DNA of 64,000 bases from Eledone cirrhosa (lineage: Eukaryota): positions 1 to 64,000 of the forward strand of contig CAXHJY010000377.1 of the NCBI GenBank assembly GCA_964016885.1, written 5' to 3'. The translations under genes and the position numbers were made by a program. Positions 13,859 through 25,587 of the stretch are shown piece by piece. Below the pieces are notes generated by a model that saw nothing but the letters and a program-made list of their open reading frames with translations, had not been told where the DNA came from and did not search any database. The number at the start of each line of letters is the position of its first letter. Position 1 is the stretch's first letter.

Positions 13859-16516
13859 ATGTGCGTGTAATACACAGGTAGACATATATTGCATGTAGCA
13901 AATATTATCAGACACAGAACTCTTTACTTCGAAGAAAGTGATTTAATGCATTATAATTTATTAAGAATCTTCACATAGAGGCTGATCAGACGCGCAGTCT
14001 GAACATTGGGCTATTTCAGCTAGTGTCTTCTACGGTAGCCCTCAACTCTTTCATTGATCCCGACGTATTTGTGTCGAGCAGCTTCAGTTTAGTCAGATAT
14101 ATTCCCGAGACTCTATAGATAAACAGAAGTGAGCTGTTTTTCCGCCATTTTCGAGATTGGAAAAGGCAGTGACATGTTTAAAACACCTGCTTAGTCACCT
14201 TTTGAGGACACAGACAGACATCACCCAATCAATGAGCGGCACTGCAAAGCTTGCCACCTAGAGCATCCTAGTAATATACTTTAACTCTTCCCGCTGTATG
14301 TTGTACTGATGCTGGTTCATACTATGTGTAACTTGATGGCTTACCGCACTGATGGTTTGTTTAAAGCGATGTAGACTTGTGTAAGACCAGTCACAATGTT
14401 TGGATCCGCTAGTAGCAAAGGATTTTTGTTTTCGTTCTCCGAGGTCAATATTTGACGAGCTTATCAGAAACTGACACCGGATGACCAGTAGCACCTTCTG
14501 TAGGAGTAGAGACTGCGCGTATATTTCGATGGCTGATGAATGCGGAATTTACCACCTGTTACCAAATAATCCCTATTATTTAAAGTTTCTTTCTTTGTTG
14601 CATAAATAGTTTATTAGTTCACCGGTAACATTGCAGGAAAGCAAAATATTATGGACAAGTTTCAAGCTTAATTGATTTCATCAGCGTATTATTTTTTATG
14701 AAAGTCTGTTTTGACCAAGTGATGAATTTTTCATGCCATGCGGCTATAGAAAACAAGTTAGTTGATCAAAGTAAAGATCAAATGAGTTATTGCATACGTA
14801 ATACAGAACACAAGCTCTTAATTTTGATATATCTCAATTCATATGCATGTCGCACTTCAATGGTGTTCCGTTGATCTTTCTGTTTTATCTATGCAAATAA
14901 TACGGAACATCCTACTTTTCATTTTTTTTTATGTGTTACCACGCCAATTGATGAAAGCATTCTTGTTTTGATGATATTATGCTGTTCAGTGCCAATAATA
15001 TATCGAGCATATATCGAGCAATGACATTAGTTAAAATGAATTCGTTACAGATTGGACCACGTGGAGGTTGCCATTTCCCACACATGTTCGGAATTGTCCC
15101 ATCAGACATTTTCGCGGCAATCCATAATGCTCCAAATGACACATTGCTTTGGCTCACAAGTCTCGACCTGCCTCTCTAGCTACTGGGTCTATATCATACG
15201 ACAAGACGTAGTGCCAAGAACTCTGTAAAATATAAATAGGTGATTATTTTAGAAAGATCTGGCTTTCCCTCAAATAAATAAATTAAAGCCCGAGAGGCTA
15301 AGTATATATTTCAAGAAATTATTTCCCTTATAATTTGAAGGTTGTGAGCAATAAAAGCTAGATATTCGTTTTGTGAGGGTTTTTTCTTCAGCTAATACCG
15401 AACGTTCAGTTAATGTTTCCTCCTACTGTTTCACATTTTACTCTGTTTGATGATGTTCCTGGATTTTCTAAAATTTATTCTTAACATTCATAGCTAACAG
15501 ATTAAACAGCTTGAACCAGAATGAAATAAAATAAATCGAGAGAAAATGACTTTGAAAGAAAGTGAATAAAAAGGAAGAAATATTTGAAATCCACCCTAAG
15601 AAAGAAAACCGTAAATAATAATGAACCCGTGTGAAAAAAGAAAGGAGTGTCAAATGCGAGGTAATAATGCTCTTCCTGTGCTTGTGAATTAAATTGCAAT
15701 ATAAATTCCATTTTACAAGAAATGTGTTGTGAGTAACTAATTGCAAAGCAATTATATAGTTTCTTGTCATTTTTGATAAGATGCAACTTGTTTGTATTTT
15801 TTTAAGAATTGCTGAATCACATTTAAATATATGCATTTTAAAATTGGAGAGTTCATTTAGTTAATGATAATTGTATAATGTTCAGACTTGTAAGAATTAA
15901 AATAGATTGGACATAAATGACAGTTGAACATAAAGTATAACATGGAAGGATACATTAAAATGAAATGATTATCTCTAAATTAAATTCAAACAAAACTAAA
16001 ATGATTGAAACATATCTTTTCAAGTAAATATTTGTATTTTAGTATAATGAGTAAATGTCAAAACTAAACGCAAAAGCCTGCTACTAAACTAGAGGTGTTT
16101 TCTTTTCACCTGCAAATTAAATTGTTTACACTTTAAACAATTTTATTTCTGAATATTTCTATACATTTTAATGTCAGGTTTGTAATATTGGAGTGTATAT
16201 TGAGGAGTTTGATGGATATAGTTATTGTGAATATCAGCTTATGTTAAAGGGATATCTGCACCGATTTAATTGGCCAAAAATTTAGCTTCCAGCCACAAAT
16301 CTCTACTGGACGCTTTAGGCGACACATCAATCCTTCACCTCTATCTCACTACATGTTTTTTGCCTCTCGCCCTTCTCCACATCTTTCTCTCTCTTTCTGC
16401 ATGTTACTAATTCATTCTTCCTTCGTAAAATAACTCGAATCATGTGAATCCATTATTACTCTTTCGAAGTAACAATAATTTGCAATTGTGTGTGTATATA
16501 TATGTATACATGTATG

Positions 16517-16565
<49 letters not shown>

Positions 16566-16656
16566 CGAAGGAAATGTGGTAAGGAACCAGGTGGACCATA
16601 ATGCACCAAAGTACTCAATACTTAGAGTAGTAGAGTGGGTAATAGGAACAAGTAAG

Positions 16657-16750
16657 ACCCCGACGGCTTAGCTCAAGCCGTTTCGACGGCTAATTCTGTA
16701 CTGAATGAAAATTTATTCTGGTATTTAAATAGCCGAACTTATCAAGGGGT
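16657..16750 (-). ncRNA. Type-I hammerhead ribozyme (U3:A8 core, full stem III)
   Basis: acccc-UUGAUAA-guucggcua..uagccguc-GAAA-cggcuu-gagcu-aagccg-UC-ggggu. Stem I is 5 bp, stem II has a cggcua/uagccg helix, stem III is 6 bp, and the triplet is GUC. Confidence 0.8.
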
Positions 16751-17141
16751 ACTTCCATATATGGTCAAAGAGATAATCACCAGGATTGGTCACATCACAA
16801 GTTAGTAGTAAATCTGTGATGGCAAGTTGGTGGGGGGAAGGGGTAGCTAAACCTGCCGGTAGGAGAAGAAGGGAGAGGGGGTGGAGTAGACCCATTCATG
16901 CGTTGGTAGTGCCAGCTACAGCTGGGTGTGAGGTCAAAGAGGATACTGCGGAGGGGGAGGGGGAGGAGGTCGAAACGGTAAGTAGAACAATGAAAGGTAA
17001 AACTATAAAAGGTACTGAGAAAGAAAAAAAAAAGAAGCAAAATCTGGTTACTAAGACATAAGTCTCTCGCTATTGCTAGGCTAAAGAAATACATAAATAA
17101 ATAAATAAACAAATAAGTGAATAAAAGAATAGATAAATAAA

Positions 17142-17175
<34 letters not shown>

Positions 17176-17528
17176 GTAGAATAAAAAAATAAATAATAAT
17201 AATATAAATAAACTAGGTGGGGCGGAAATAAAGGGACCCTTATACGAGGTATAAGTGCGTGTATCGTACGGTGACGGGTCAACAAGGGGGGGGGGGCAGA
17301 ATACTAAAGAGACTACCACGAAAATAAAAAAGGTTTCTACCCCAATCACAGGGCCAGCAACCACCCAGTGCAAGAAAGTAAACTAGTACGAGAATATAAT
17401 TCAGGGTCCCGCAAAAAAATACTAGTGCTAACTCTAAGGGTACCGCCACGAAACAAAAAGTCTTATACAAGCTACATGAAAGATCGTACGAAGTAAAAGT
17501 AAAGAACGGAAAATTAATACAGGAACAC

Positions 17529-17559
<31 letters not shown>

Positions 17560-17959
17560 GAGGAAAAAGAAGAAAGAAATACTGGATAAACGAGAAATTA
17601 AAGCAAAGAAGCCACTAAGAAATATAGAAGGCACGGAAAAAAGGGACAGCGGTCGGAGAGGGGGGCGAGTATCCGAAGTCTAACACCTCTGCTATAAAAA
17701 GCGGAGTCAGCCAAATCTATCAGAGAATAGGGGAAGGGGTGGGGGTGCTGAAGCTACAAGGGACCGATGGGCTACCTCGGGTGGGCGAGAAAAAGACGAC
17801 GACAAAGAAAGGGAACTGGGGTAGAAGGACTAGGGAGGGATGGGGAAGGAGGAAATATAGAGGAAGCGATAAAAGAATGTAAAAGAAGATCTTACGTCTC
17901 CATTGGTAAGCAGGGGTTACCCATTACAAAATAGGCAAGTGGGGTGTTATAGCCCTAGT

Positions 17960-18735
17960 CTACCCCCCCTCCCCCGGGTTATTATGGGGTTTGAGGGCGA
18001 GGTAAGTCCTACGTAATCGGTGATTACATGCAGTAATCAGTTCATCTTTCTTGTTTAGGTGTTGGTCCGTCGAAAACAGCATTTGTAATGTTTCCTCCGA
18101 GCATAAATTGCACGGACGGCGTCCTCCCGTGTAAGAGTTGGCTATGGACAGTAATTTCCAAGTGAGATCATAGTTGATGTTGTTGTCCTTGAGGTTCCAT
18201 ATGTGGCCCGAAAGTGTAGTGGCGTGACGCCGGGCCGGGTTTCGGAAGGTATGTCTGTGTTGGTATAGCCGGGTCTTGAAGTCGCATGCGGTTAATCCTA
18301 TATAAGCTTTGTTGGAGGTGTCCGTGCTCACGTTGCACTGGTAGATCACATTACGGTCTCTGCATCTGTTGTCGAGGGGGCAACTGGATCTATCAGGACA
18401 GTTGCACCTCCTGGTCGGCTCTCCACTGCTATTTAGGTTTTTTCTTCCATCGGGGTTGAGTTTTTTGTTGTTGGAGGAGACGATGTTTTGTGCGAAGTTA
18501 GGTGTAGTGCTGTAAGAGAGTTTGATGGTATTTTTGTTAATTATGTTGTGGTAGCGGTGTTGTGGTGGGAAGTGTTTTTCAATGAGCCTAAAGAAAATTT
18601 TCCCGATGGGAGTTGTCACCTCGGCATTGTGGGGAGGATTGAACCATGTTACATTGCGTGAGCGGCGGTGTCGCCTGCTGGTTCCGCTAATGGGAGCTGG
18701 ACAGTAGGATATTTCCTCCCGGAAACCACTCCGCT
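17960..18735 (-). CDS. PLE ORF C-terminal part: linker plus GIY-YIG endonuclease (no start, 5'-truncated)
   Basis: VIY..YIG motif pair, conserved Arg in FKTR, CCHH-type residues and WFNPP motif; no stops over about 258 codons. Confidence 0.85.
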
Positions 18736-18747
18736 TATATATATATA

Positions 18748-18941
18748 TAAAGTTTCATACATTATGCGCGCCTTAGCTTTCGGGTTCCAGTTCGGGCGCT
18801 CAGACAAAAATACGAAAATAAATTTTTGTCTGAGCACCAGATGAGGCCAGCCTAGAAGTGCCCCCACCACTATAAAATGGTGGCCATACCTGGCGCCCGA
18901 AATCTAAGGTCACGCACATTTGTGAAGTGTATGAATCTTTA
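18748..18941. repeat. Diverged inverted repeat with internal 14-bp hairpin; degenerate HHR-like ends (cccGAAAgcUAagg)
   Basis: The reverse complement of the left arm, ctggaacccgaaagctaaggcgcgcata..gtatgaaacttt, resembles ctggcgcccgaaatctaaggtcacgcac..gtatgaatcttt. Hairpin gctcagacaaaaat/atttttgtctgagc at 18798-18835. Confidence 0.6.
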
Positions 18942-19040
18942 TTTATGCTAAATAGGTTCTCTTCCAATAGATTGAGCATTGTTTTGCTTGGCCTTTTTCC
19001 CAAAATGAAAAAAAAACGAGATGTCCTACACAAATGAAAG

Positions 19041-19284
19041 TATAAGGAAAAAAGATAAAATCGAAAATGCAACTGGAGTCTTTCTAAGAATATTTATTTG
19101 GTTCCTTTACCGGTTTCACGGTTCTTATTATTTTCAAAAGTAGAATTGAGATGCAGGGTTCGTGGTTTACAAACCTTGCATCTCAAATCTACTTTTGAAA
19201 AGCATAAGAACTGCGAAACCGGTAAAGGAACCAAATAGATATTCTTAAAAAGACTCTAATTGCATTTTCGATTTCATCTTTTGT

Positions 19285-19291
<7 letters not shown>
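19041..19291. repeat. About 250-bp near-palindrome (inverted PLE pLTR pair)
   Basis: tataaggaaaaaagataaaatcgaaaatgcaa..gagatgcaggg pairs with ccttgcatctc..ttgcattttcgatttcatcttttgtccttata; abuts (TA)n on the right. Confidence 0.9.
19192..19227 (+). ncRNA. Minimal hammerhead motif (UUGAAAA core)
   Basis: cuu-UUGAAAA-gca-uaagaac-ugc-GAAA-ccgg-UA-aag, with palindromic accggu stem III. A more decayed copy lies on the opposite arm. Confidence 0.55.
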
Positions 19292-19353
<62 letters not shown>

Positions 19354-19732
19354 AAATCGTAAGAAACGAAAGGAGCTGTGTGGTTACTGTAAACAATGTT
19401 TAACATGGTAGTATGGACAAACAAGAGAAGAAAAGAAAAGAAGAAAAGAATCCTTCGTCAGCTGTAAACCGAGATCAAGATGTTTCGGCGCTTGGTACAG
19501 GATATCTATAAGCGATCAGCGGTGCGCCCAAGGCCTTTTCTCAAGCAAAAGGCCAGGAGGGAAAAAAGAGAAAAAGGACGGAACAAGAAGAACAAAGGGG
19601 AAAAGATAGTGAGAAGAGAGGAGGACAGAGAAAACAACTGGTAACAAGACCAGATAGTGGGGGACACAGGAAAATGGAACATGCAACTGAGTAATATATA
19701 TATATATATATGTGTATATATATATATATATG

Positions 19733-19866
<134 letters not shown>

Positions 19867-20072
19867 TAGTATTAAGTATACTATTTATGGTTATGCAAAT
19901 ACAAAAACCTTTTGTAGTTATATATATTTTTATAAACCCTAAATAGTGGTAGGCAGTAATATATTACTACGTTATTACCAGTAAGTTAAATAGCTCAATG
20001 TAATAACATCAGATGATTTACAGAGCAGTTATATGAATTATAAGAATCAAAGAACTGTTTAAAACATTTTTA

Positions 20073-20119
20073 TGCTTACAACTGTTTCCTCCAAACCGAG
20101 GTTTGGTTCCTTCAGAGCA
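20073..20119 (-). ncRNA. Minimal hammerhead motif (left arm)
   Basis: ugcu-CUGAAGG-aaccaaaccucgguuuggag-GAAA-caguug-UA-agca; one core deviation (A9->G). Confidence 0.55.
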
Positions 20120-20787
20120 ATTTATTATTGAATGAACACTTATATGACCTCCTTTTCACCCAAGAGACATACAGATACATATGCAGACATTGTGGGTCAA
20201 CATTCATTACAGCATTTAGTGTGGCAGTACACATTTAGAGATTACATTCATATTAAAATATACAATCAAAAATACAGGTTAAAATACAACATGAAATTAA
20301 GCGGTTATAGAGTGCAATGGTTATATGTGTGGCAAGCACGTGCGTCTTGTTTATATAGTGTAGCAGAGAGTTACGTGTAATAGAAGCACTTAAGCAGGTA
20401 ATCAAGAGTGTTAAGGGGGTTGATCTGGTAATTAATTCTTTATATGATTGTTATAGCCTGTGTGTGGAGAAATAATATAAGTATTAAAAATAATGTAAGC
20501 ATTAAAAATATTGGAAATGCATAGCGAAGCGATGATATGGATATCCATATATATAAACAAGACGCACGTGCATGCCACACATATAACCATTGCACTCTCT
20601 AACCGCTTAATTTCATGTTGTATTTTAACCTGTATTTTTGATTGTATCTTTTAATATGAATGTAATCTCTAAATGTGTACTGCCACACTAAATGCTGTAA
20701 TAAATGTTGACACACAATATTTGCATATGTATCTGTATGTCTCTTGGGTGAAAAGGAGGTCATATAAGTGTTCATTCAATAATAAAT

Positions 20788-20834
20788 TGCTCCGAAGAAT
20801 CCAAACCTCGGTTTGGAGGAAACAGTTGTAAGCA
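20788..20834 (+). ncRNA. Minimal hammerhead motif (right arm)
   Basis: ugcu-CCGAAGA-a-uccaaac-cucg-guuugga-g-GAAA-caguug-UA-agca; one core deviation (U4->C). The consensus of the two arms is canonical CUGAAGA. Confidence 0.55.
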
Positions 20835-21500
20835 TAAAATTGTTTTGAACAGTTCTTTGATTCTTATAATTCATATATACATATATATATATTTATATAC
20901 ACACACAATTTTTATTGAGCTCTATTTGAAGTTTTGGTCTTTATATATATTATTACTATGTATATGTGTGATTCGTGTTTGCATGTGTGTGGGTGGATGT
21001 TTCCATGTGTATGTGTGGGTGGTTATATTATATGTCTATTATTTTTATATATTAATATATTTGAGCATGTACCTGATTCGGAAGTAGAAGTGTACGGATA
21101 TAATTCAATTTCAGTATCGTAGTAAACGCAATTTTGTAACAAACGTTTGTTGCAGTAATCTTTTATGTCTTCACTAGTTACCAACATATCAGCAGTTTTC
21201 ATAGACATATGTCACGCATTAAATGACGAATGTTGTTGTTTCGTAAGAAGTTTTAGAAAATATAATTCCACGTTCATTAATCCTAATCTAAAGGTATCAG
21301 TGATAAATATCTGAAGACAGAGATCAATGAGAGACAATCTGTTAAGTCTGTTTATATTCAAACTCGTGTTTGACAGCAAAATAAAACAATAGTAAATAAC
21401 ACACAGGTAACGTTTACACGCATTTTAGTTACATTTAGAGAATATACACATGGAAGAAGTGCTTGTATGTTAGAATATAATGTATATAAGGCTTAATATA

Positions 21501-21589
<89 letters not shown>

Positions 21590-21674
21590 CATATACTTAT
21601 ATATATATATGTATGTATATGTATATAAGAACAAGATGGCTTAGGACAGACAAAGGAGAGACAGAAACAAAACA

Positions 21675-21717
21675 GTCACTGAGGAGGTCACAGAACGTGT
21701 GACGAAAGAGCTTTGAC
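21675..21717 (+). ncRNA. Minimal hammerhead motif
   Basis: guca-CUGAGGA-g-gucac-agaacgu-gugac-GAAA-gagc-UU-ugac; 4-bp stem I and 5-bp stem II with one extra nucleotide. Confidence 0.55.
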
Positions 21718-21786
21718 AATATATAAACAACCATCCACGTATCGAACCAACCAACCAACCGGAAATTTATAATAAATTGAAGTCGC

Positions 21787-22947
21787 ATGTTAATTGAACA
21801 AGTATTTCATGCTTTCTGGATGAGTTCAATATCCTTCTGAATAACCTACACCCATCTCTCAAATTTACAAAAGAGATGAGTAGTACCAAATTACCAGTCC
21901 TAGATATAATGGTAATCAAAAACGACACAACCATTGCGACGGATATATACTATAAACACACAGACACCCATCAATATCTGAATGTTAAGTCATGCCATCC
22001 ATCTCATACAAAACGCAACATCCCATACTGCCTAGCCAGAAGAATTTGTACCATTGTAGAAGACACGAATACCAGGAACAAACGCCTAACATAACTGAGA
22101 GAATTTTTGTTCAAACAAAAATACCCATCTCTACTTGTAGAAAATGGCATACAGCGGGCTATAAAAATACCTATACAACAACTTAGGACAACCCAAGGAA
22201 GAAGTAACCAAGAACTACAAAAGCAGAAATCTAATTTACTGCAGTAAATGCCCGAATTGTGAAGAACTATATGTCGGTCCCACGGGAAATGAACTATCGG
22301 AACGTGCACGGGTGCACCGACAACAAATCAGAGACCCAAATGTCCATCATATACCACTGAGTAACCATCTAGCAACAAGTGGTCAGAAAATATTTATATT
22401 TGCATTCTAGAAACTACACAGCCCAAGTGAAATCAAGAGAAAAGTTAAAGAAAATAATTTTATTGATAAATTCCAACCCATGCTAAATGAACAATACTAA
22501 TGCTTAGGGGTATTAATTCCACTATGACTACGCCTACCACCATGTCGACTACCACCACTAACAACAACAACAACAATAATAATAATAAAAGTGATGTTGA
22601 TGTTGATGATTACTGAAGATTTTTTATAAAAACCCTAGAAAATGGTATTTTCATCATTTCTAAAAATAGGAATACAATTGACGCTTTGGATAGGGTCAAA
22701 TAGAAGTCGTTAGACATGCTCAACCAATCGTGAGCCTAAACCAATCAGCCTTAGTAATCTAGTGAAACCACACACCGATTGGTCGAAATAGAGTTTGCAA
22801 AACTTATCATTCTGTAGACTCTTTTTACTGTATATAAGGCACATAATTTAGCCATCTCATTACAGTTGAAAATTGCAAACTTGACTGTCACCACTGAATG
22901 TGAACCTGACGATTGCGAAAGCACGAACGTACTTGTTCAATTAACAT
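21787..22947 (+). mobile_element. 5'-truncated Penelope-like element (RT thumb plus degraded GIY-YIG) with inverted pLTR piece at its 5' end
   Basis: LNNLHPSLKFTKE..LPVLDIMV..KSCHPSHTKRNIP, then LIYCSKCPNCEELYVGPTGNELSERARVHRQQI..FIDKFQPMLN. 21787-21816 is the reverse complement of about 22917-22947. Confidence 0.85.
22901..22939 (+). ncRNA. Minimal hammerhead motif at PLE 3' end
   Basis: ugaac-CUGACGA-uugc-gaaa-gcac-GAAC-guac-UU-guuca; 5-bp stem I. GAAA appears mutated to GAAC here, whereas the inverted copy at about 21800 retains GAAA. Confidence 0.6.
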
Positions 22948-23050
22948 TGAACATTTAATATTCTACCACACTGTTTCATTAAAATATCATTATACTTTTA
23001 AAGGATTGTAAATAAAACGAGTATATCGGACAAAGTTGGAATTCCTTTTA

Positions 23051-23115
<65 letters not shown>

Positions 23116-23129
23116 TGTGTAGGAACGTG

Positions 23130-23250
23130 TTTGAATGATTAAATAATTGGATTGGCAATCGTCAGGTTGTCAGTTCGATTCCTGGACCGGGTCATGCGTT
23201 ATGTCATTGGGTAAGACACCTTATTTGACGTTGCTCCTTCTACCTCGAGT
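23130..23250 (+). mobile_element. tRNA-derived SINE (family B), degenerate
   Basis: B-box gttcgattcc; body ..caccttatttgacgttgctcc shared with 54165-54330. Confidence 0.6.
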
Positions 23251-23409
23251 TGCGACCGATAGAGAGTATTAGCAATTTGTAAGACCAACGGAAACATTGT
23301 TCCCTCGGTCCAATTTGACGAAAGTCGATCGACTGTTGACATTTCTAGAATGTAATGTATTTATATATAGATGTCTGTGTTGATGTGCTTGTTCATATGC
23401 CTGCTCAGA

Positions 23410-23560
23410 TATAGGTTTGAGCCCCGCGTGTTGGGATGGCTCTTCCTGCACGTCTCCCTTACCGTCCTTCGGGGAAACGCCTTCTCTATTCTGTCTCTCG
23501 GGGCTGTGGGAGGCCACCAATATAATTGAATGACTTGTCATTTTATGGGTCAGATGTTTA
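23410..23560 (+). mobile_element. CRE-like LINE 3' fragment
   Basis: ggggaaacgccttctctattctgtc..gaggccaccaatataattgaatgacttgtc, same tail as 9620 and 62400. Confidence 0.75.
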
Positions 23561-23930
23561 TTAGATTGGTTTATTATATAGTATGATATGGTAATTCGAA
23601 CACAGATTCTTCCAGTGAACCAAATAAATGATTCTTATACAATATCACACAGCTAGATCGAGACCCGAACCTGTTGATTGCAAAGCTAACTTCGTAAATA
23701 TTTGGTTATTCCTCGTCAATGTACAATGAGGAACAAACGTCTCATATATGGATCCGTGTTTAAACCACTATACGGCATTTTACATGTCTATGTCCCAGAG
23801 TAGCAGACACAGGATGACATGGATGAAAGACAACATTGACATCGGTGGGATTTGAAATCATAGAGCAAAGAGCTGAAAGGAAAACCGCATTGCATTATAT
23901 CCGACATTTTAAAAACTCTGCCAATTCTCC

Positions 23931-24101
23931 CGGTAGAGGGTCGGGCGCCATGCTTTCTAGCATAGAGTTACGGCCCTTGCCATTCTGAGTTCAAATCCCG
24001 CCAAGGTTAACTTGCCTTTCATCCTTACGGGGTCGATAAAATAAAGTACCCGTAATGCACTGCGTAATTGCTGGTCTTGTGCCAAAAGTAGAAACAATAT
24101 T
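23931..24101 (+). mobile_element. tRNA-derived SINE (family A), head-to-head with an older minus-strand copy (about 23810-23930)
   Basis: Matches family consensus. Confidence 0.85.
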
Positions 24102-24299
24102 ACTTATGGTGCTGGTGGTGCTAGTGATGGGGGTCCTAGTGGTGGTGTTGGCAGTGGTAGAAAATGTGATAGCGGTGGTGGAAGCAGCTGTGATATAGCT
24201 GTAGTGGTGATGATAATGATAGCGATGGTAGTACAGTAGCTCACCTAGTAATATAAAAAATAGTACCCTAATTGAAAATGAAAGAACAGCCGAACTCCC

Positions 24300-24930
24300 A
24301 CTGTCATCGCCTTCATCTCTCTAGCCCTCCCCTCTCTCCGTATGGTGAGAAAATGGGGTCCCACGTGCTGTTCTCCCCACAACCCCGGCGGACAGAAAGG
24401 AGAAGGTGTTTCCCCGGGTGATGGTAAGGGAGATAAGCTGGAAGAGCCATTCCAACTCGCGAGGCTCACACTTGCGGCTGGCCAGCTCAGCACCTATGGT
24501 GGTGAGTAGTGAGGTAGCCCAAGGGCCAAATACACCAGAAATCTCCACTGCTAAGTGCACGACCGCGAACCTGTTGGAGAGCGACCGGTACTAGTAGAGC
24601 TTGGCCTCCTCAGCCTGACGTACAGCAGAACCTGGGTTTCTCGCTGACTGTACCAGGTTGCGGCTGGAGAAAGTGTCGCTGCAAGTGGCATCCCTGACGA
24701 GGGGTTTGCTAACGCGGAACGGGAAGATGGTCATGCCATCTGGCCTTTTACCGTCCCCTCGGTCCAGCCCCACCGGCTTGAGCTGGGAGGAGAAGCCTGC
24801 AGCGCCCAAGCCATGCTTTATGACCTCGTTGAGGGCAGCATGTAGTGGAAGGCGGCCGGCAGTGTGGCGACAGGAAACTAGGTGGAGGCCGAAAGAGTCC
24901 ACGGTGGATCCACAGCGACATTTATTTAGC
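24300..24930 (-). mobile_element. CRE-like non-LTR retrotransposon C-terminus (zinc knuckle plus restriction-like endonuclease), decayed
   Basis: CRCGS..GLHLVSC..H..LNEVI..GDGKRPDGMT..P..DATCSDT..AE..K..Y..AVEISGVFG..LFQLISLTITRGN; RLE PD..D motif; one in-frame stop. Confidence 0.85.
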
Positions 24931-25139
24931 TAGCAGATCCAGTGTCCAAGCCTCAAGGAAACGCCGATGCGCAGGCTATCTTTATCAGGCTGTATGCCAA
25001 TGGAGAAGTCATGGAGCCAGTCATGGCAGTCATGGCAAGTCATGAAGCCAGGCGCCACTTATTATTATCCTTTTAAAGTCAACATATTTGTGAGATCAGT
25101 ATGTCCCAGTATGTTCCGTAGGCTGGGCTGAAACTGAAT

Positions 25140-25330
25140 AATAATGTTATCTTCTTTTGGCACAAGGCCAGCAAATACCCAGTGCATTACTGGTACTTTC
25201 TTTTATCGACCCCGTAAGGATGAAAAGCAAAGTTAACCTCGGCGGGATTTGAACTCAGAATGGCAAGGGACGTAACTCTATGGTAGAAAGCAAGGTGTCC
25301 GTCCCTCTACTGATACTGCCAATTCACCGC
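25140..25330 (-). mobile_element. tRNA-derived SINE (family A), full length with TSD
   Basis: gctgaaactgaataataat is repeated at 25127-25145 and 25329-25347. Confidence 0.92.
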
Positions 25331-25509
25331 TGAAACTGAATAATAATACCAAATGAATGGTATTCTATCATTGGTTTTGTGATACCAAGCACATTAATGA
25401 TGTCAAGCATTGCGAATCTCTCTTCTAAATTGTTGGTGTTAAGGTTATTTATTGCAATATATAAAACACACACTCACACACACACACGCTCATACACACA
25501 CACACTCAT

Positions 25510-25587
<78 letters not shown>

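Larger units (their letters stand above)
16562..18735 (-). mobile_element. 5'-truncated Penelope-like element (Naiad-type GIY-YIG C-terminus) with long 3' UTR/pLTR and terminal HHR
   Basis: Open frame from about 18735 to 17960: VTWFNPPH..IGKIFFRLIEKHFP..IKLSYS..CNC(x5)CPL..VIYQC..YIGLT..FKTRL..H..F..TTLSGHIWNLK..CNLC. Bounded by (TA)n. Confidence 0.9.
20030..20877. repeat. Long inverted repeat (arms about 328 bp: 20030-20357 and 20550-20877), PLE pLTR-like
   Basis: The arms are near-identical reverse complements with few substitutions; spacer about 190 bp. Confidence 0.95.

Noticed and set aside
17640-17960. SECIS element downstream of the Naiad-type ORF
   Set aside because: No clear AUGA..AA..GA kink-turn was seen by eye and there is no in-frame UGA in the retained ORF; SECISearch is needed.
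19440-19525. HHR-like pieces (gccGAAAc, CUGACGA, CUGAUcg) on the minus strand in a TA-flanked island
   Set aside because: I could not assemble consistent stems I-III. It may be a decayed pLTR but is not supportable as a ribozyme.
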